DNA from: Podarcis pityusensis
Lineage: Eukaryota
Assembly (NCBI GenBank): GCA_964106645.2
Contig: OZ067040.1
DNA length: 64,000 bases
Direction: 5' to 3' (one strand)
Position numbers and translations under genes: made by a program. Shown here one piece after another: positions 58,225 through 64,000 of the stretch. The notes below the pieces were generated by a model. The model worked only from the letters and a program-made list of their open reading frames with translations. It ran no database searches and was not told where the DNA came from. How positions within the stretch are numbered: position 1 is the first letter of the stretch; every line of letters begins with the position of its first letter.

Positions 58225-61200
58225 CTATATAACCAGATAAAATGCAACAATTAAACAGAACAGCCGCTAGATTTAGGCAAGAATGCTAACTTAATCTATT
58301 TTTAAAATATAGTTCTTAAGCAGCTATGAATTTAAGGCTGCTAACTGCACTTACTCTACAACACTGTCATTACCCATTTATAAGTTCTCTTATGAAATTC
58401 ATGCCAGAAGTATAAAGAAAGCTTGTTGAGGGAGCTGAAGGAGTTAATCTTGGAGCCAGACAAAGTAAGCAAAAGCTGGGAATGTATGTTATGTCCGATT
58501 CATGGGCACAGAATCTACTGGAAGTCTCTGCAATAAATTGCAAGAGAGATTTGGAACTGGTCCTAAATCAGCAGAAGACAATATATAGGCACACCTCTGT
58601 TTAGACTGAATAACATAGTCCAGTTTTTATTGCTTTTTCTGTGCTCCAGCAAAGCAGGTCTTAGAAGTTCGCAAGATAAACTATGCAGCAAATATAGAAC
58701 TTGAAAGCAAGCATGTCTTTCTATATGATTTAATACTTCAGTAATATTTCTGTTCAATGCTACTGTTATGTAGTGGCTAAGAGCTTCAGTTGTGAACCAG
58801 AAATCCTGGGTTTAGTTCTTACCTCTGCCATCAACTCAGCACCTCTCAGCTTCAGCCCCCCATATGCAATGGGTTGTTTTTTTTAAATTACTAGCCCACC
58901 TTGGAAAGATTTTTCTAATATTTTCTGATAATGATAATATCTTCAAATACTAGACACAAAGTGTTATGGAACTGTGATATAAATTCTAATTAACAGCACT
59001 ACGAAGTATTTGCATATTCATCAAAGTTAAACTTCATGGATCTTCCCTGCTTCCAGTCTCCTTATGCTCTTTACCCCCTATATTGGCCTAGTTCAGATGC
59101 AGCACTAAACCAGGAATCTCCATTCTTTTTTGGAGGTGAATGTCATGGAGACTGCACTGGCCTCCTCAAAATACCAATTTCACGGCAGAAAAACTTGCAA
59201 TGCTCCAAAATACCCCCACTCCCAAACTGCAGGCAACACTCACCCTCACACCCCAAAATGAAAGATAAGCAAAACAAACATTCAACACGCCTCTAAAAAC
59301 AGGCAACAAAACTCACACATACCCAAAAAACAACCACCAAACACAAGCAAAGACACACACATTCCAAACAAAAACAACAAAAACAAAAGGCAAAAGAAGG
59401 CAAACAATAAGCTATGCTTCATCATTATGGGCACAAATTTGTGCAAGCTTCAGGCTCCTGTGCTAACACCTTCTCAGTATATTTGCAAGAGGAGAGTGGA
59501 AGCTTTTGCTTCTGTTTTCAATTAACCACAGCAAGTAGAAGCAGCATTAAGTAATTTGCAAGGCATAGGGAAGAAAGGATTCATGGGAACACAGGAGGTT
59601 CGCACACACCATACTCCCACATGCAGGTATCTTCATGCTGCCTGTATATACCCACAAGTGGAGAGAGTGAGGAACAGGTGAAGAAAATGAGGAAGCAGGA
59701 TCTTCTGAGCAATGCAAGTGGATTGTGCTCATACTAATTTTATGAAATGCTTTTCTGTTCATAAATGCTAATACTAATACACAGCGAAAGCTCACTTCAT
59801 TGCCCCAGGGGTAGCAAATAATGAGTTGAAGTTCTTTACTGTTTAGCGTTTGAGGAGATCTGGGTCATACAAACAGTGCTATCTTAAGACATGGGTAGGG
59901 AACTTGTCATTTTGCGAATGCTGCTGGACTGTAATTTCCATCATCCCTAACCACTGGCCAAGTTGACTGGAATTGATTTTGTTCAAACCCAGCAATGTTT
60001 GAAGGGTCAAAAGTGTGGTTCCAATCTGAAGAAAAATGGTAAAATCCACCTTTCAACAGCCTTAGCTCCTTATTTTTTTAGTACCACACTTTGTAGAGAA
60101 AATAAAGCATTTAATTTAAGGTTCTAATTCTTTACTTATTTTTCTCCCAGTTCCTCAGTCAATCTGAACTCCCTACTGCTAAGCATGTAAAGTTAGACAC
60201 CTCCTGGTTCTAGAATTCTTTACTAGAGTCAGCCATGTTTCATGTTACACTATATAGCAGGATGACTTATTACAAGATGGTTAAGCGGCTACACTGGGAC
60301 AAATACTTATAGGGCAACCCAGCAAGTAGATCCATGTACTGAAACCTAATACAAATACTCACCAGGTGATTCAGTAAGATATTCCCTTAGTTATGCAACC
60401 CCCAAAATAAAGGGTGCTACGTTGGTGTTGTGTAACTCAAGTAAGTTGTTCTCACAAAATGGCTTATCATGTTGCACTCCACTGATTTATTAAATTTCTA
60501 TACTGCCCTTCATCTGAGAATCACAGGGTGGTTTACAAAACATTAGGAATGGGTGAGGCTGCAACTATGAAGCAGGCTCAATGTAAGGGTGTATGAGTGA
60601 AATCAAGGGTTTCAAAGGTTTGCCGACCAATAACACAATGTAAGAGCAAATATGCAGTAGTCAAAATTTGTTTCTGAACTGCAGTAACCACTAGAGGTGC
60701 TGTTTTTTTATTCTTTTAGCAGACAGATCATTTTGGGCAAGAAAATAAATGTATTTAAGATGTCAGTGATAAAGGCATACTAATAAGTAACATGTAGTTA
60801 CAAAAATATTAGACACTAAAAAGAATGTTTTATGGGGAACATCTCATCAAAAGTATTGTATTTACACAGCTGTGATGCTTCCCTGTTGTTTAAGAAAACT
60901 ACACATGATCTGGAGGTGCTCCAGATTCTTACTAGCAGGGTGTCCAATTCTATGCAAAATAAAGTAATTGAATAGGCTGAATTGCTACATCAATTGCATC
61001 TTTAGAAGTCATCAATAATGGGATTACAAAATTGGCATGCCACTGTTAACTATGTGTAATTAAGTTTCTTTTCCATATTTAACCCAAGAAAAACAAAATT
61101 TGAACACTCCAGACACAGATTCAGAGAAAGAGGTGCGATGCTGTAGTGCAGACAAAGGGTTTGGTGTGTCTCCATCAAGGTTTGAGTCTACCCAGTTGAC

Positions 61201-61649
61201 AGATTGATCACAGATTTTGTACCATAAGAAATGCAAAGTAAGCCAGTTTTTGCAAAGCGATGCCTGGAACCATAGGCCATCTAATGTTTAGCCTAATTTT
61301 ACCAAGATAGTTGGTAGACAGTTCTTTTATTTAAGTATCATGTTGATTATCATCAAGATTTACCAAAGCAACCATTTTATGCATATATTATTGATATTTA
61401 TTGCTATAATGTCATTTATTGCTATAATGTCATTAAAGAGATATGAGGCTTGAATTATTACACTGAAACAATGGAATAAAGGAACCATCATGTAGTTATG
61501 GTTCTCAGAAAAGCCCAGAGTATGCCACATGACATAGTTATATTGCTGGTGCTGAGCAGGGGTGGCTCAGGAAACTGATTCAATAGGAGGCTGCCTGAAA
61601 AACATATATAAACCACTCTGAGCAATTCTACAGAAGAACAGGGCATAGG

Positions 61650-61772
61650 TCTAATTAAGCAGAGGCTGGATGCCCATCTGTTTTGGATGCTTTAGATGAG
61701 TTTCCTGCATAGCAAATGGTTGGACTAGATGACCCTTGGGGTTCCTTCCAACTCTACAGTTCTGTGATTCTA
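61650..61772 (+). mobile_element. CR1 LINE 3' end
   Basis: ...ggttggactagatgacccttggggttccttccaactctacagttctgtgattcta, the typical CR1 3' terminus with ATTCTRTG-type tail. Confidence 0.8.
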
Positions 61773-63187
61773 TAACTTTCCACATAGCAAGAACAGTAGT
61801 AAAACTCAAAATTACAGGGGTGGGAGTAGGGTGGGTGCAAGACCCACTCAGCATCACAAATACTGGTACTGGCCTAATCCACAGATCCAAGTAGACAGTG
61901 ATTGTTTGATTTTCCATCTGCACCAGTACCTCATCCCACAATAAGTCAAAATGTCAACTGTATTTTAGATAGACATAAGGAATTTTCACAGAACTTTGTG
62001 GACTGCGTGTGGACTGCTAAAGTGCATTAGTAAGTAAAAAATATCTTGTTTGCATGTTAAGAAATCTGTTATTAGTTTTATCCATACTTTAAAAATATTT
62101 ATTTGGTGCATTAGTCATAAAAGCATTGCCCTAGCCCACATCCACATTTTTAGAACTGGCTCAAATTTTGCAAATGCCGTTTTGTCAGATTTTTCTCCCC
62201 TACTAGCCTTTTGTTGATGATTGCTAATGTCTGATTAAGGACACAGCTGAATAGCATGAAATAAGTAGAATATATTTTGAAATTTATTCCAAATTAGAAT
62301 CAATGGGAATACACTGGAATAAGCGTGTAAGTGCTTACAAATTAAATGGTGAAAATGTTTTATTTCAAATAAGTATGCTTGATCTATTTGATCTTAAATT
62401 TTAAAGTAAGTCATCTGAAGACCACTAGAGGATGCTATGGGTTTGATTATTATAAGCAGTAAATACATGCATGTTATTGTGCTCATTAGGAAGCAAACAT
62501 TAACACAAGAGATAGACACTGAACTCAGGTGCTATCTCGGTTGCTCAATTTTGTACATGTTTGCTATTGAGTTCACACCCACCCTAATAGGCACACTTAT
62601 TTAGAAGTTAGGTTCCACTATAAAAAAGCTCATTTCCAAATCAAGCACTTAAAATTCAATTGTAACCTGACTCCATACAGCAAGAATAATAAAATATTTT
62701 CCATTTCACTAGATAAACAGATCACTCTGCTGAAACATTTTCCTTTTCTTTCACCAGCAACAGTTTTAATCCATTCATGGTCACTATTAAAGCACTAACA
62801 GTTAATGAATGAAAATTTATTTCAAAGTAGTTAGCAGGGCTTTAATTGTAAGCATTCCTGAACCTGTAACTCATGAAGTAGAGCAAACTGTAGAGAGGTA
62901 CTTTCTACTCCATTCTATGTGGTGCTGTAGAACTTGAAAGAGTGCTTTTTCCTGCACTGACCTGTTCATCTACTTAGATCAGAAAATTAGTCCCTCCTAA
63001 TGGTTCCAGCACTGGTTGATACACAAGGAGTGCCTTAGGAAGAACCTATTGAATGGTGGCTCCACATATTTGCAACTCTCCTCCCACTGAGGTGCATCCT
63101 GTCATTTCATTCCACTCTTTTAGATGACAGCTAAAGAACCACCTCTTCTGCCAACTTTTTGTATGTAGATGGGGTGGGTTTTGATTA

Positions 63188-63967
63188 CCGTATTTTTCGC
63201 TCTATAACACGCACCCGACCATAACACGCACGTAGTTTTTAGAGGAGGAAAACAAGATAAAAAAATATTCTGAACGAAACAGTGGATGTATGATTTTTGT
63301 GGTTCATGCTGTGGCCACAGACATGTGATCTGATGGTGAATTTGGGGTGACCCAGTGCAAAAATCCTGAGGATCCATGTGGATCCGTGCTTTGTAACCAT
63401 GTTTTAAGTGGGGAGGGAAGGAAAAGCACTCAAGGGACAAGGAGCACGCGTGGGGTGGGTGGAGAAGGATGCTGCTAATAATGAAGGGGTACAAGGGGAG
63501 AAGGCTCCTCTCCTCTCCCACTTTGCTCCTTTAAAGCAAGCAGGCTCTGCTTTTCTTCCTCCTCCCCGCTCATCCCCGGCTTAGCGAGCTGAAAAACTTT
63601 GCTGCTATTTAGCGAGCTGAGTGGGGAGGAGAGAGGGACAGAGAGCCTGCTTGCTTTAAAGCAACCAACCAGACAGGAGCCGCTTACACTCGTGTAAGCG
63701 GCTCCTCTCCTCTCCCGCTTTGCTCCTTTAAAGAAGCAGGCTCTCTGTCCCTCTCTCCTCCCCACTCAGCGGCTCTTCTCCCGCTTTGCTGTTTCAAAGT
63801 GAGCCATGGAGGAGGGAAGGAAGGGGAACCATAGATCCTCTGCTCACGACTGCAGCAGATCCCCCCCCCCCCCCGCCACCCGTAGGCATTCCCTCCATAA
63901 CACGCGCAGACATTTCCCCTTACTTTCTAGGAGGAAAAAAGTGAGTGTTATGGTGCAAAAAATACGG
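63188..63967 (-). mobile_element. Inverted copy of the 28341-29052 TA-flanked element
   Basis: TA|CCGTATTTTTCGCTC ... GGTGCAAAAAATACGG|TA; body is the reverse complement of the 28341 element. Confidence 0.88.
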
Positions 63968-64000
63968 TAATTTCCCCTGCTTTACTGTGGTGTTAGGATG

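Overview
Vertebrate genomic DNA from a squamate reptile, probably a lacertid lizard (inferred from Sauria-type SINEs and lizard-type MITEs). It carries the conserved amniote block C2orf50(CIMIP5) -> SLC66A3(PQLC3) -> <- ROCK2. The + strand holds the last two coding exons of C2orf50 (1530-2869) and the complete 7-exon SLC66A3 gene (10579-17117, 204 aa). The - strand holds ROCK2 from kinase-domain exon 6 to the stop codon (58224-22864), followed by a ~2.3 kb 3'UTR; exons 1-5 lie beyond the window end. Exons were mapped by hand from splice sites and frame continuity; exon numbers follow the human gene from memory. Introns contain many TA-flanked Tc1/mariner-pogo-type MITEs, hAT MITEs, Sauria SINEs, L1/RTE/CR1 3' fragments and two solo LTRs with 5-bp TSDs. 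I found no new multi-gene system; most long ORFs in the track are spurious or transposon-derived. The best leads are: (i) a modular ROCK2 C-terminus with two extra candidate exons (one very acidic with a DWDW motif, one short and basic); (ii) the muscle-type ROCK2m exon with RBFOX/QKI/MBNL motifs; (iii) one U12-type and two GC-AG introns; (iv) a MITE carrying a variable-copy 23-bp minisatellite of palindromic E-boxes; (v) inverted MITE pairs that could pair in ROCK2 pre-mRNA.
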